Below are positions 26,262 to 35,447 of a stretch of 64,000 nt of DNA, one piece after another; positions within the stretch are counted from its first letter, which is position 1; each line of letters starts with the position of its first letter. Made by a program: the position numbers and the translations under genes. Under the pieces are notes generated by a model. The model saw only the letters and a list, made by a program, of their open reading frames with translations. It did no database searches and was not told the DNA's origin. Source of the stretch: Terriglobia bacterium. Lineage in GTDB: Bacteria; Acidobacteriota; Polarisedimenticolia; Polarisedimenticolales; JAIQFR01. The stretch is from contig CAVVHE010000008.1 of the NCBI GenBank assembly GCA_963748015.1, positions 670,070 to 734,069 on the forward strand, in the 5' to 3' direction.

Positions 26262-27965
26262 CTAGCGTCCCGCCCGAGGCGTGGGCTGGCGGCGGAACGC
26301 GGCGAGCAGGTAGAACCGGTCCGGGTAGGCGTGGTGGAAGACCCGCTCGGCGCCGAGGCTCCGCGCGAGGTCGTCGATCCACGGCTCGCCGGGTTCAGCG
26401 GGGCCGGCGGGGCGCAGGTACCAGCGCCGGAACTCGGGGGACTGGAAGATCGCGTTCTCCTCGGGGGACCAGGGGAGGAGGCTCAGCCCCTCCGGGGGGC
26501 GCTCCGGGTCTCCCTTCGCCGCGAACACGAGCACGACGAGCTCGGGGCGCTTGTCGAAGAGGTAGGCCGGGTCGTACTGCTTGAGCAGGAAGGTGCCGGG
26601 GCTCTTCGCGATGTGGCGGTCCGTGAGACCCGTGATGTCCAGGACCCGCAGTTCGTCGCAGAGATAGCCCACGATACCGATGTCCATCAGCGCGACCGTG
26701 TCGCCGGGCCTCGCGGCGCCGCCGCGCAGCCATTCGGCCAGGGCGCGGTGCCCTTCCGCGTAGCCGCGGGCGCGGACCGTGACGATCCGCTCGAACGCCG
26801 CGCGCACGTCGGACTGGGTCCACGCCGCGAGCGGCACCAGCGCGACGAGGAGGAGCGGGGCCAGCCAGCGGGGCCTCGCGAGCCAGCGCCCGGCGATCCC
26901 GGCCCAGCCCATCGCGACCGCGCAGGCGGCGAGCGGAAGGACCGGCACGATGAGCCGCCAGCCGAGCATCCAGTCGGGGCCGGTGGCGAGGGGAAGGAGG
27001 GCGCCCGCCACCGCCAGGGCCAGGAGCGGCGCCGCCGCGCGGCGGCGGATGCCGCCGAAATACCAGCCCGCGATCGCGGCGGCGATTCCCACGACACCCA
27101 GGACCGGCGGAAGCGCTCCCTGGCGCACGTAGGTCCAGGAGGTCATCGAGCCGACGCCGCCCGCCTTCGCGTAGTACGTGTTCGGGAGCCACTCGCCGTC
27201 GTAGGCGATCCAGCGGAAGGCGTACTGAGCCGCCGTGGCGGAGCCTACGATCGCCCCGTCCAGGATCGGCAGCCGGAGACGTCCGACGACCTCGCGGAAG
27301 GAAGATCGAATCTCACCCGGCCCGCCGCTCCAGGCCACGGCGGCCTGTGCGACCGCCCAAGCGCCGAACAGCGCCGGTCCCTCCGGCCGCGTCAGCGCCG
27401 CCGCCGCGAAAGCCAACCCCGCGCCGCGCCACCGGCCGTCCTCTCCCGCCCGGACACCGAGCAGCACGCCTAGCCCGAGGAGCGCGGTGAAGAACGCCGT
27501 CTCGAGCCCGCTGACGGCGTTGACGGTGTAGGAGGGTGCGACCGCCAGGAGTCCCGCCGCGACGGCGCCGACCACTCCCGGGCTCGCGCCGCCTCGCTCG
27601 AAGGGCTCCACCAGCCGCCTGCAGAGCAGGAAGGAGATCGCCAGGCCGCCCGCGCCGCAGAGGAGGCCCAGCCCCTTCGCGAAAAGGGGCACGGCGCCTT
27701 CTCCCCCGAGCGCGAACACCGGCGCCATGACGAGCATCCAGAGGAGGTTCGAGTACCCCTCGACGCGCTCGCCGGGATTGAAGTAGGGCCCGCGCCCGGT
27801 GGCGAGGAAACGGCTGTACCGGAACGTGATGTACGCGTCGTCATTCACGTACCGCAGGAGCTCGGCCGCCTGCGCGAGGAATAACACGATGGCCGCGACG
27901 AGCAGGACGGCGCCGAGCCATCGCGCGGCCCCGCCTCCGCCGGCCGCCGCCTTGCGCGCCCTCAT
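26262..27965 (-). CDS. Polytopic membrane protein, GT-C-like glycosyltransferase candidate
   Basis: About 12 TM segments. N-terminal loop motif YVNDDAYITFRYSRF (acidic DD motif after TM1, as in GT-C enzymes). Soluble C-terminal ~190 aa. Its ATG overlaps the upstream sulfatase-like gene stop. Confidence 0.6.
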   Translation of the reverse strand: MRARKAAAGGGGAARWLGAVLLVAAIVLFLAQAAELLRYVNDDAYITFRYSRFLATGRGPYFNPGERVEGYSNLLWMLVMAPVFALGGEGAVPLFAKGLGLLCGAGGLAISFLLCRRLVEPFERGGASPGVVGAVAAGLLAVAPSYTVNAVSGLETAFFTALLGLGVLLGVRAGEDGRWRGAGLAFAAAALTRPEGPALFGAWAVAQAAVAWSGGPGEIRSSFREVVGRLRLPILDGAIVGSATAAQYAFRWIAYDGEWLPNTYYAKAGGVGSMTSWTYVRQGALPPVLGVVGIAAAIAGWYFGGIRRRAAAPLLALAVAGALLPLATGPDWMLGWRLIVPVLPLAACAVAMGWAGIAGRWLARPRWLAPLLLVALVPLAAWTQSDVRAAFERIVTVRARGYAEGHRALAEWLRGGAARPGDTVALMDIGIVGYLCDELRVLDITGLTDRHIAKSPGTFLLKQYDPAYLFDKRPELVVLVFAAKGDPERPPEGLSLLPWSPEENAIFQSPEFRRWYLRPAGPAEPGEPWIDDLARSLGAERVFHHAYPDRFYLLAAFRRQPTPRAGR

Positions 27966-29356
27966 TGCGCCGGGCGCCCGACGTAGCCGAGGGAGCGCAG
28001 CCGCTCGAGGGCCTCGCGATCCCCCTCGCCGTCGCCGAAGGGCTGGTCGCGGTAGGGCTGCATCGCGTCGAGGATCGCGAGGAGCCGGGTGGCTTCCTCT
28101 CGGGCGTCGCCATAGCGGTTCCTTAGCTCACCCGGATCGTCGGCCGTACGGAACATCTCGCTCCGGTCGGGGAAGTTCCGTCTCAGGATCAGCTTCCACG
28201 CGCCGTCGGTGACGCAGTAGAGCCGGCCGTCGAGCGGCCTGCCGCGAAGCACGTCCGCGTTGAGGTCGAACTCGTTGAGCTGCTCGGCGTAGGCGATCCG
28301 CGGGGGCTCGGCCTCTCCGGCGATCAGCCGGCGGAGGCTGTGCTCCCTCATCCTTCCGGGAGGCGCGATGCCCAGCGAGTCGAGCACGGAGGGAAAGATG
28401 TCGATCGTCCGGACGACCCCGGAGACGGCCTTCCCGCGCGGCCCGCCGGGCAGCCGCACGAGGAGCGGAACGTGGATCTGCTCCTGGTAGAGGAGTTGGT
28501 GTCCGGGCCAGCCGTGATCCCCGAGCCCCTCTCCGTGGTCCGCGACGACGACGACGATCGTGTTCTCGTACTTGCCGGCGGATTTGAGCGCGGAGACGAT
28601 TCGCCCGATCTGGAGGTCCATGTAGTAGACCTCCGCGTCGTAGATCGCTCGCTTGACGTCGAGGGGCGCTAACCCCTCCGGCGGGAAGCGGCGGAGGATC
28701 TCGTCGGGGGGACGGATGTAGGTGTCGTGCGGATCGAAGAAGTGGACCCAGGCGAAGAACGGCCCCCGGGCCTTGCCGAGCCACTCGAGCGCCCGGTCCG
28801 CGGTCGCGTCGGAGCGGCGCTGGTTCGGGGCGAGGGCCCACAGCCACGGCCCGTCCTGGCGAGGCTGGACCAGGATCGAGCCGACCGGCTTCGCGAGGCC
28901 GTTGTCCCACCGCTCGAAGCCGCGCTCGAGGCCGAAGTACTCGGAGACGGTGAAGGCGCTCAGGAACGCCCCGGTGCTCCAGCCCTTCTCTCCGAGGACG
29001 GTCGCGAGGGTCGGGACGGAGTCCGGCAGGCGATGGCCCGCGGGCGCGTAGATGACGCGCAGCCCGTGCTGGAACGGGTACAGCCCGGTAAGGATGGACG
29101 CATGCGATTGCGGCGTCGAGCCGGACGCGGAATAGGCGGCGTCGAAGCGGATCCCGTCCGCGGCCAGCGCGTCGAGGTTCGGGGTCGTCCCGCGCTTTCC
29201 GCCGTAGCAGCCGAGCCGGTCGAGGCGCGTCGTGTCGAGGGTGACGAGGAGAACGTTGGGACGGTCCGACGCGCCTCGACCCGAGCAAGCGCCGGCGACG
29301 AGAGCCGCCGCGAGGGCCGCGCCCACGATCGAAACCGCTCCGGCTCTGCGCCGCAA
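27962..29356 (-). CDS. Sulfatase-like (alkaline phosphatase superfamily) hydrolase/transferase, probable lipoprotein
   Basis: NVLLVTLDTTRLDRLGCYG, VVVADHGE, GHQLLYQEQIHVPL blocks of the sulfatase family. The nucleophile segment is SGSTPQSHASILTG, so the canonical C/S-x-P-x-R is not intact (Arg replaced). Lipobox-like VAGAC. Confidence 0.8.
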   Translation of the reverse strand: MRRRAGAVSIVGAALAAALVAGACSGRGASDRPNVLLVTLDTTRLDRLGCYGGKRGTTPNLDALAADGIRFDAAYSASGSTPQSHASILTGLYPFQHGLRVIYAPAGHRLPDSVPTLATVLGEKGWSTGAFLSAFTVSEYFGLERGFERWDNGLAKPVGSILVQPRQDGPWLWALAPNQRRSDATADRALEWLGKARGPFFAWVHFFDPHDTYIRPPDEILRRFPPEGLAPLDVKRAIYDAEVYYMDLQIGRIVSALKSAGKYENTIVVVVADHGEGLGDHGWPGHQLLYQEQIHVPLLVRLPGGPRGKAVSGVVRTIDIFPSVLDSLGIAPPGRMREHSLRRLIAGEAEPPRIAYAEQLNEFDLNADVLRGRPLDGRLYCVTDGAWKLILRRNFPDRSEMFRTADDPGELRNRYGDAREEATRLLAILDAMQPYRDQPFGDGEGDREALERLRSLGYVGRPAQ

Positions 29357-29429
29357 GAAATCCTCGTCTCCCCGGCCCGACCCGGTTTTCGTATCCGAAG
29401 TCGCGGCAATCCGCGCGCCTCGCAGCCCG

Positions 29430-31076
29430 CTACTTCTTCTGCTCCCTGCGCACCGCCTCCTTGAGCCGCTGGATGTGGCCGCGGCCCATCCCCTTCACCT
29501 CGCACCCCAGCTCGAAGTAGCGGCGGATCCGGTCGTCGTCGAGGACGCAGAAGCAGTCCACGATCGCGCAGGGCTTCCCGACGGCGGCGACGACCTTCTC
29601 GGGAGCGAGGTCGAGGTAGGGCGCGTGCCGCACCGCGAAGACGATCGCGTCCCTCCCGCGCATCGCCTTGAAGAGGTCCTTCTCGATCCGGAGATCGGTC
29701 AGCCGGTCCTGCCGGTGGAAGAACCGCGCGCGGCTCTGGCCCGGCCCCGGGTAGCTTTCCTGGGACTCGAACTCCCACCAGTGCTCCACGTACGGGTCGT
29801 GGACGCGGAGGTCGGCCCCCATCTCGCCGAGCCGCCTGACGAGGACCTCCGAGCCGCTGTACCGCGTGTCCCCGACGTCCTCGCGATAGGCCGCGCCGAG
29901 GATCAGCACCGCCGCGGAGGCGATCGGACGGCCGAGGTTCCTCAGGGCATCGCGTACGAGCTGCGCGGCGTGGAGCGCACGCGTGTCGTTGATGTCGATC
30001 GCGAGCGGTGTCAGCTTGAAGATGTCGTCCTCGAATCCGTGGATGTGCTTGTAGGCCCAGACGCCCAGGCCCCCGTCCTTGGGGAGGCAGTACCCGCCGA
30101 TGCCCGGGCCGGGGAAGATCATGTTCGAGTGGGTCGGCCGAACCTTGATCGCCTCGATCACCTTCTTGAGGTCGACGCCGTTCCGCTCGGAGAAGAGCGA
30201 CCATTCGTCCAGGAACGCGAGGATCGTCGCGCGGTAGCTGTTCTCGATGATCTTGGCGGTCTCGGACTCGATCGGCCGGTCGAGGACGGTCAGCGGGAAG
30301 CGCTCGGTGTTCAGGACCTCGGTCAGGAACTTCTTCACCTTCCGCTTCGACTTGTCGTTGACGCCGCTGCACACGCGCCAGAAGTCCCGGATCGAGCGGA
30401 CGTAGTCGCGCCCCGGCATGACGCGCTCGTAGCTGTGGGCGAGCAGGGGATCGCTCTTGATCCCGCGCTGCTCGAAGACCTTCTTCATGATCGGGTAGGC
30501 GATCTGCTCCGTTGTGCCGGGCGCCACCGTCGTCTCGATCAGCACGAGGGCCCCGGGCTCGATCTTTTCGGCGATCACCGCCATCGAGGCCTCGAGCGCC
30601 TCCATGTCGGCCGAACCCTCGCGGCAGTTGCCGAGAGAGCTCTTGAGGTAGTCGCACTGGACGTCCACCACCACGACGTCGGCGAGGGACAGGGCGTCGT
30701 AGGTGTAGGTCGCGCAGAGCGTCTTCTTCTCTTGGACGCAGCGGGCGATCAGCACGTCCACCTCCGGGTCCTCGGACTTCACGGGGGACAGCCCGCGGTT
30801 CAGGAGGGGGATCTTCCAGAAGCTGCGGGGGCTCGGCCGCTGCATCCCGATGACGAACTTCCCCGGCTTCCCCTTGCGGTCCGTGGAATCGGCGACGACC
30901 GCCGCCATGACGGCGCCGACGAACCCGACGCCGACGACCACGACGATCTCTTTCCCGTCCTTCTTGTGGGCCGCCGCGAGACGCTTCAGCCGGTCGAACT
31001 CGGACTTGTAGTCGGCGGGGGAAGGGAGAGGGAACTTCTCGCCGCTCGGGCTCACGGAGTACTGCTGGGTCGCCAT
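29430..31076 (-). CDS. Nucleotide-sugar dehydrogenase (UDP-glucose/GDP-mannose dehydrogenase family)
   Basis: Start at MATQQYS. Rossmann VVVGVGFVGAVMA, catalytic region GPGIGGYCLPKD, C-terminal UDP-binding domain. The longer ORF to 31157 is unsupported. Confidence 0.85.
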   Translation of the reverse strand: MATQQYSVSPSGEKFPLPSPADYKSEFDRLKRLAAAHKKDGKEIVVVVGVGFVGAVMAAVVADSTDRKGKPGKFVIGMQRPSPRSFWKIPLLNRGLSPVKSEDPEVDVLIARCVQEKKTLCATYTYDALSLADVVVVDVQCDYLKSSLGNCREGSADMEALEASMAVIAEKIEPGALVLIETTVAPGTTEQIAYPIMKKVFEQRGIKSDPLLAHSYERVMPGRDYVRSIRDFWRVCSGVNDKSKRKVKKFLTEVLNTERFPLTVLDRPIESETAKIIENSYRATILAFLDEWSLFSERNGVDLKKVIEAIKVRPTHSNMIFPGPGIGGYCLPKDGGLGVWAYKHIHGFEDDIFKLTPLAIDINDTRALHAAQLVRDALRNLGRPIASAAVLILGAAYREDVGDTRYSGSEVLVRRLGEMGADLRVHDPYVEHWWEFESQESYPGPGQSRARFFHRQDRLTDLRIEKDLFKAMRGRDAIVFAVRHAPYLDLAPEKVVAAVGKPCAIVDCFCVLDDDRIRRYFELGCEVKGMGRGHIQRLKEAVRREQKK

Positions 31077-31185
31077 GGGAGTCTCCTGTTCGCGCCGCGG
31101 ACCCGCGGGTGGCCGGGATCCTCCCGCCTCCCCACGCCGCAAAGCGGGGAATATCATAGGCGATTTCGCCGCGCCGGTCGCCGGC

Positions 31186-32433
31186 TCAGTCGATTTCGGC
31201 CAGCGCCTTGCCGAGGCGGTCGATCTCTTCCGGGGTGTTGTAGTGGAGCAGGCCGACGCGCACGAGGCCGTTCGGCTCGAGTCCGAGCGCTTCGGTCACC
31301 GCGAGCGCGTAGAAGTTGCCGCTCCAGACGAAGATCCCTTCGCGCGCGAGATGCTTCGCCACCTCGAGGGGCGTCTTGCGCTCGTGGGTGAAGGAGAACG
31401 TCGGCGTCCTTCGATCGAGCCGGCCGCGGTCCGTCATGCCGTACACCTTGACGCTCCGCAGCGCCGACAGCCTCTCGAGGAGGCGCCCCGAGAGCCCGAG
31501 CTCGTACGCGCGGATCGAGTCGAAGGCCGCGGCGAGTGCTTCCCGCCGCTCCCCCGACGCTCGCGCCGCGGAGTGACCTAGCCCGGCGAGATAGTCGATC
31601 GCGGCGAGCGTGCCCGCGATCCCCTCGTGGTTCTGCGTCCCGGTCTCCCAGCGGTGCGGCAACTCGTCCGGCGACGGCCGGAGCTTGTAGGCCGGCAGCG
31701 ACGCGAGGAGCTCCCGCTTCCCGTAGAGGACCCCGACGTGGGGGCCGAAGAATTTGTAGGCCGAGCAGGCGAGAAAATCGCAATCCCATGCCTCGACGTC
31801 GATCAGCGCGTGGGGGGCGAAGTGGACGGCGTCGAGGAAGACGCGCGCCCCCGCGGCGTGCGCCATCGCGACGATCTCTCCCACGGGGCTGATCGTGCCC
31901 ACCGCGTTGGACGCGCAACCGGCCGCGACGAGACGCGTCCTCCCGGAGAGCTTCGCGCGCAGGTCGTCGAGGTCGAGGGTGCAGTCCCCGGGGCGGAGCG
32001 CGACGTGGCGCACCGTCGCCCCCGCGTCGGATGCGGCCTGGATCCACGGGGAGATGTTGGCGTCGTGATCGAGGCGCGTGACCAGCACCTCGTCCCCCGG
32101 CCGCCACGTTCGCGATAGGGCGCGGGCGAGCGAGAGCGTGAGCGTCGTCATGTTCGCGCCGAACGCGATGCACCCCGGATCCCGCGTTCCCACGAGGTCG
32201 GCCGCGGCGCGGTGCGCCTCGTCGAGCATCGCGTCGGTCTCGACACTCGTGGCGAAGACGCCGCCGGAGTTCGCGTTGCTTCCCCCGAGATAGCGCGAGA
32301 CCGCCTCGATCACCTCTTTGGGGACCTGGCTCCCCCCGGGGCCGTCGAGGTAGACCGCGGGGAGGCCGGCCACGGCCTTCGAGAGCGCGGGGAAGAGGGC
32401 TCGGCAACGCTCCACGTCGAAAGGTACGGTCAT
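31186..32433 (-). CDS. Class V aminotransferase / cysteine desulfurase-like PLP enzyme
   Basis: Only the last 415 codons of ORF 31186..34503 look real. MTVPFDVERCRALFPAL..., PLP-lysine motif ACSAYKFFGPHVG, HYNTPEEIDRL. Confidence 0.85.
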   Translation of the reverse strand: MTVPFDVERCRALFPALSKAVAGLPAVYLDGPGGSQVPKEVIEAVSRYLGGSNANSGGVFATSVETDAMLDEAHRAAADLVGTRDPGCIAFGANMTTLTLSLARALSRTWRPGDEVLVTRLDHDANISPWIQAASDAGATVRHVALRPGDCTLDLDDLRAKLSGRTRLVAAGCASNAVGTISPVGEIVAMAHAAGARVFLDAVHFAPHALIDVEAWDCDFLACSAYKFFGPHVGVLYGKRELLASLPAYKLRPSPDELPHRWETGTQNHEGIAGTLAAIDYLAGLGHSAARASGERREALAAAFDSIRAYELGLSGRLLERLSALRSVKVYGMTDRGRLDRRTPTFSFTHERKTPLEVAKHLAREGIFVWSGNFYALAVTEALGLEPNGLVRVGLLHYNTPEEIDRLGKALAEID

Positions 32434-32456
32434 GATCCTGTCGTCCTCCGTGCGGC

Positions 32457-34508
32457 TCAGCGCATCCGCTCGCGGGCGATTCGGTTCAGGGGATCGTCCT
32501 CGAGCACGATCGCGTAGCAGGCGCGTGCGTCGTCCTGGCGCTTCAGGCGCCAGTAAGCCGCCGCGAGGTTGTTGTAGATCTCGTAGTAGCGTCCGCCGCT
32601 CGCCGCCGCCGCGCGGGAGAGACGCGCGGCCGCCGACTCCGCCTCGCCGCGGAAGAGGTGGAAGAGGCCGAGCTGGTAGTCCTCGGTCGGGAACTTCTCC
32701 GTCCGCACGAGTCCCGCGAGCCAGGTCGCGAGCGGCCCCTCCCTCGGCGTCGCCCCGAGGCCGGGGAGGTCGCGAATCGCGGTGGCGGGGACCGGCGGCG
32801 GGACGGCGTCGCCGGGCGAAGCGCCTCCCGGCGCGTCGCGGCGCACGAAGACCGCCGCGAGCGCGTCCACGTGGGCGAGCCTCCACCTCGGATCGCGGCT
32901 GATCCGCGAGAGGAGCTCCGGGGAGATGGCGTACGGGAAGGCGGACCACCTGATGCCGTACCGGGCGACGGCGGCCTCCATCGCTTCCGTCGAGGCGAGC
33001 GTTCGCCGGTATTCGTCGAAGAACGACTCGCCCATGACCTCGAGCCGCCCGTCGATGTACACGGGATCGGGGAGGGACCACATCAGCCAGCCGCCGAAAT
33101 TCAGGTGGTTGAGCACCGGCCCGTCGAGCCCCGTTCTCCGCGCGAACTCCGCCGCGTCCAGCGGGAGCGCGATCCCGTTCCAGCCGAGGCCGAACCGGTC
33201 GGTTCGGCGGCTCGCGATGTAGTACGCATCGTGCACGACGCGCAGCGTCGTCACGAGCGCGATCGCCGCGACGCCGGCCAGGGCCGCGCGCCGGAGCCAG
33301 ATCCCGGCGCCGCGGGCGAGCTTGCGCCCCTGCCGTCCTTCCATCGCCGCCGTGAGGCCCCACGCGGTCGCGGGCAGGGTCGCAACGACGAGGAGCGGCA
33401 CGTTCCGGATCATCCTCGAGGCGAGGGCCATGAACGCCAGCCAGAGGAGGCCGCACCAGAAGCGCCTCGCTTTCAGGAGCGGCCACAGCGCGACGAGCGA
33501 CAGCGCCGCGAGCGCCCGGAACGCGAAGACCGGGACGCGCGGGTAGAAAGGGAACTGCTGGGAGAGGCCGAGGGAGAACGGCGAGACGAACTCGCCGATC
33601 GACTGCGCGAACACGTTTCCGGCCTCGAGACGCGTCGCGAGCTCGAGCGGGAAGAGCATCCCGCGCCAGCCGTAGGGGTTCAGGATCGTCACGCCCACCG
33701 AAGCGGCCGCCCACGCGAGCAGCCGGCGGTCGAAGCGCCGCTCCTTGATCGCGAGGCCGGCGACGAAGCAGCCCTCCGCGACCCAGCCGAGCACGAAGAG
33801 GCCGTGGAGGTTCGCCCAGAGGAGATGGATCGGTACGAGCAGCCAGAGGGGCGTGGGCTTGCCCAGGGCGTGGCGGTGGAGGAGGTGGAGGACGACGGCG
33901 AGAAGCAGATACGAGACCAGCTCCGGCCGCGCCTCGAAGCGCATCTCGGCCGCGAGACCGCCGAGCAGAAGGGTCGACGGGAGCGCGAGCGGCCCCGCCG
34001 GGAGGAGCTTCGCGGTGCGGAGCAGCACGCCGAAGATCGCCAGCACGAGCGCGGCGTGGAGAAGGATCAGTCCCGCCGCCCCGCCGCGCGGCGCGCCAGC
34101 GCCGCGACGACCTGGTACCCCCAGCTCGTGTCCACGTACGGCGTGGTCGCGCACGGTGAACGTGAACGGGTCGAGCCGCGGCCAGCCGCCGCCCGAGAGG
34201 ATCCGCTCGCCCGCCTTGAGATGGAACCCGATGTCGGGGCTCGCGACCTGGCGCAAAGCCAGCACGGCGAGGAGGGCGAAGATCATCCCGATCGCGACCC
34301 ATGCGAAGGCGGCGTCGCCTTGCCGCACGGATTCGCCGGCGGCCGGCCGCGGTCCGCGATCTTCTCCCGGTGCGGCGTCGCTCTCTCGTGGCTCCCTCCT
34401 CGGGCGACCGGCAGCGTGGGGAGCATAGCAGGGGCGCCTCCTGCTGGCGTCCGGGCTCGCGGGGGACCCGCTTCGGCGACCGGCGGAATCTGCTGTGATG
34501 CAAGTCAC
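32457..34508 (-). CDS. Polytopic membrane protein with periplasmic domain and C-terminal TPR-like repeats (GT-C-like candidate); possible local compensated frameshift
   Basis: GTG start next to an AT-richer promoter region. About 11 TM segments. C-terminus YYEIYNNLAAAYWRLKRQDDARACYAIVLEDDP (TPR). Residues encoded at about 34067-34142 look off-frame (see findings). Confidence 0.6.
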   Translation of the reverse strand: MTCITADSAGRRSGSPASPDASRRRPCYAPHAAGRPRREPRESDAAPGEDRGPRPAAGESVRQGDAAFAWVAIGMIFALLAVLALRQVASPDIGFHLKAGERILSGGGWPRLDPFTFTVRDHAVRGHELGVPGRRGAGAPRGGAAGLILLHAALVLAIFGVLLRTAKLLPAGPLALPSTLLLGGLAAEMRFEARPELVSYLLLAVVLHLLHRHALGKPTPLWLLVPIHLLWANLHGLFVLGWVAEGCFVAGLAIKERRFDRRLLAWAAASVGVTILNPYGWRGMLFPLELATRLEAGNVFAQSIGEFVSPFSLGLSQQFPFYPRVPVFAFRALAALSLVALWPLLKARRFWCGLLWLAFMALASRMIRNVPLLVVATLPATAWGLTAAMEGRQGRKLARGAGIWLRRAALAGVAAIALVTTLRVVHDAYYIASRRTDRFGLGWNGIALPLDAAEFARRTGLDGPVLNHLNFGGWLMWSLPDPVYIDGRLEVMGESFFDEYRRTLASTEAMEAAVARYGIRWSAFPYAISPELLSRISRDPRWRLAHVDALAAVFVRRDAPGGASPGDAVPPPVPATAIRDLPGLGATPREGPLATWLAGLVRTEKFPTEDYQLGLFHLFRGEAESAAARLSRAAAASGGRYYEIYNNLAAAYWRLKRQDDARACYAIVLEDDPLNRIARERMR

Positions 34509-34607
34509 AATCTATAAAGTGGACAAAAAGGGTCCATCACCGTAATTTCACGCGCGCACCGGTTTTGCCCCGACTCGGGGCGCACACCACGTCGACAGGG
34601 AGGCAAC

Positions 34608-35358
34608 ATGACGACGGCTTCGGGAAGAAACATGCGAGGGATGGCGTACCTGGCACTCGGGACTGCTGGTCGTGACCGGCACGGCCGCCGTGACCGGATG
34701 CTCGAGCGACAGCACGGACAACTCGGGGAACGCAACGGAAACCACGTACCAGGGGACCATCGTCGGTCCGATGGGCGAGAGCGGGTTCATCGAGGTGACG
34801 GTTACGACCCCGGCGGCCGCGATGTCGTCCGGCGGCGTCATGGTCGCCGCCGCGGCCTCGAAGCCGGCCACCGGGCGCATGAAGCTCGACGACGGCTGCC
34901 AGAACGACCTCGCGGGGACGTTGTCGGGAACCACCCTCGTGATGACCGGAACGGGCACGTGCGGAAACTACGACCTCGCGGGGACCGTTGCCGGCAGCCA
35001 GATCGCCGGGACCTTCACCGCCGCCAGCGGGCACACGGGGACGTTCGTGTGCGAGGAGTCGGCCGGATCCAACTCCGTGACGGTCTTCTGCGGCAGGTGG
35101 GTCGAGGTGGAGAGCGGCACGCCGACGGGGACGGAGGGACCGTGGAACATGGTCGTGAAGTCGAGCTCGATCCAAGGCGTGGCTTACGATTCCAGCGATA
35201 CGGCGATCCCTCTCACGGGGACTCGGACCGGCGACGGCGTGACCATTCTCGCCGGTGGGACGCAGATCGCCACGGGGACCATCTCGGGGACGCAGATCTC
35301 CGGAGACTACGACATCGGCTCCAGCGCCGGCACCTGGTCGGGGCAGGTCTGCCAGTAG
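34608..35358 (+). pseudogene. Lipoprotein gene with an apparent 1-nt frameshift inside the signal-peptide region (body in frame of 34672..35358)
   Basis: GGGAGG-N4-ATG at 34608 encodes MTTASGRNMRGMAYLALG. After CTCGGG-A-CTGCTG, the next frame continues LLVVTGTAAVTGCSSDS... (h-region plus lipobox VTGC) and the Gly/Thr-rich body. The 34608 frame downstream is Arg-rich nonsense. Confidence 0.55.
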
Positions 35359-35383
35359 CAAGTCCAAGGGCAAAGGAAACAAC

Positions 35384-35420
35384 GAGGGCGGGCGGCGCGG
35401 GCTGCCCGCCCTCATCGTTT
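35384..35420 (+). terminator. Candidate intrinsic terminator
   Basis: GAGGGCGGGC-(10-nt loop)-GCCCGCCCTC followed by ATCGTTTG, 26 nt after the lipoprotein stop. Confidence 0.5.
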
Positions 35421-35447
35421 GAGCGCCGATCGGGGTAACATTCGGGC

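Noticed and set aside
29368-29400. CCTCGTCTCCCCGGCCCGACCCGGTTTTCG, resembling the left flank/arm of the hairpin family
   Set aside because: Only a partial, gapped resemblance with no complementary right arm and no conserved core. It could be a decayed remnant, but the sequence alone does not support that.
32434-34503. N-terminal 690 codons of the 1105-aa ORF 31186..34503
   Set aside because: Only the C-terminal 415 codons (from ATG 32433) encode a recognisable class V aminotransferase. The upstream part is Arg/Pro-rich and overlaps, out of frame, the well-behaved membrane-TPR gene 32457..34508.
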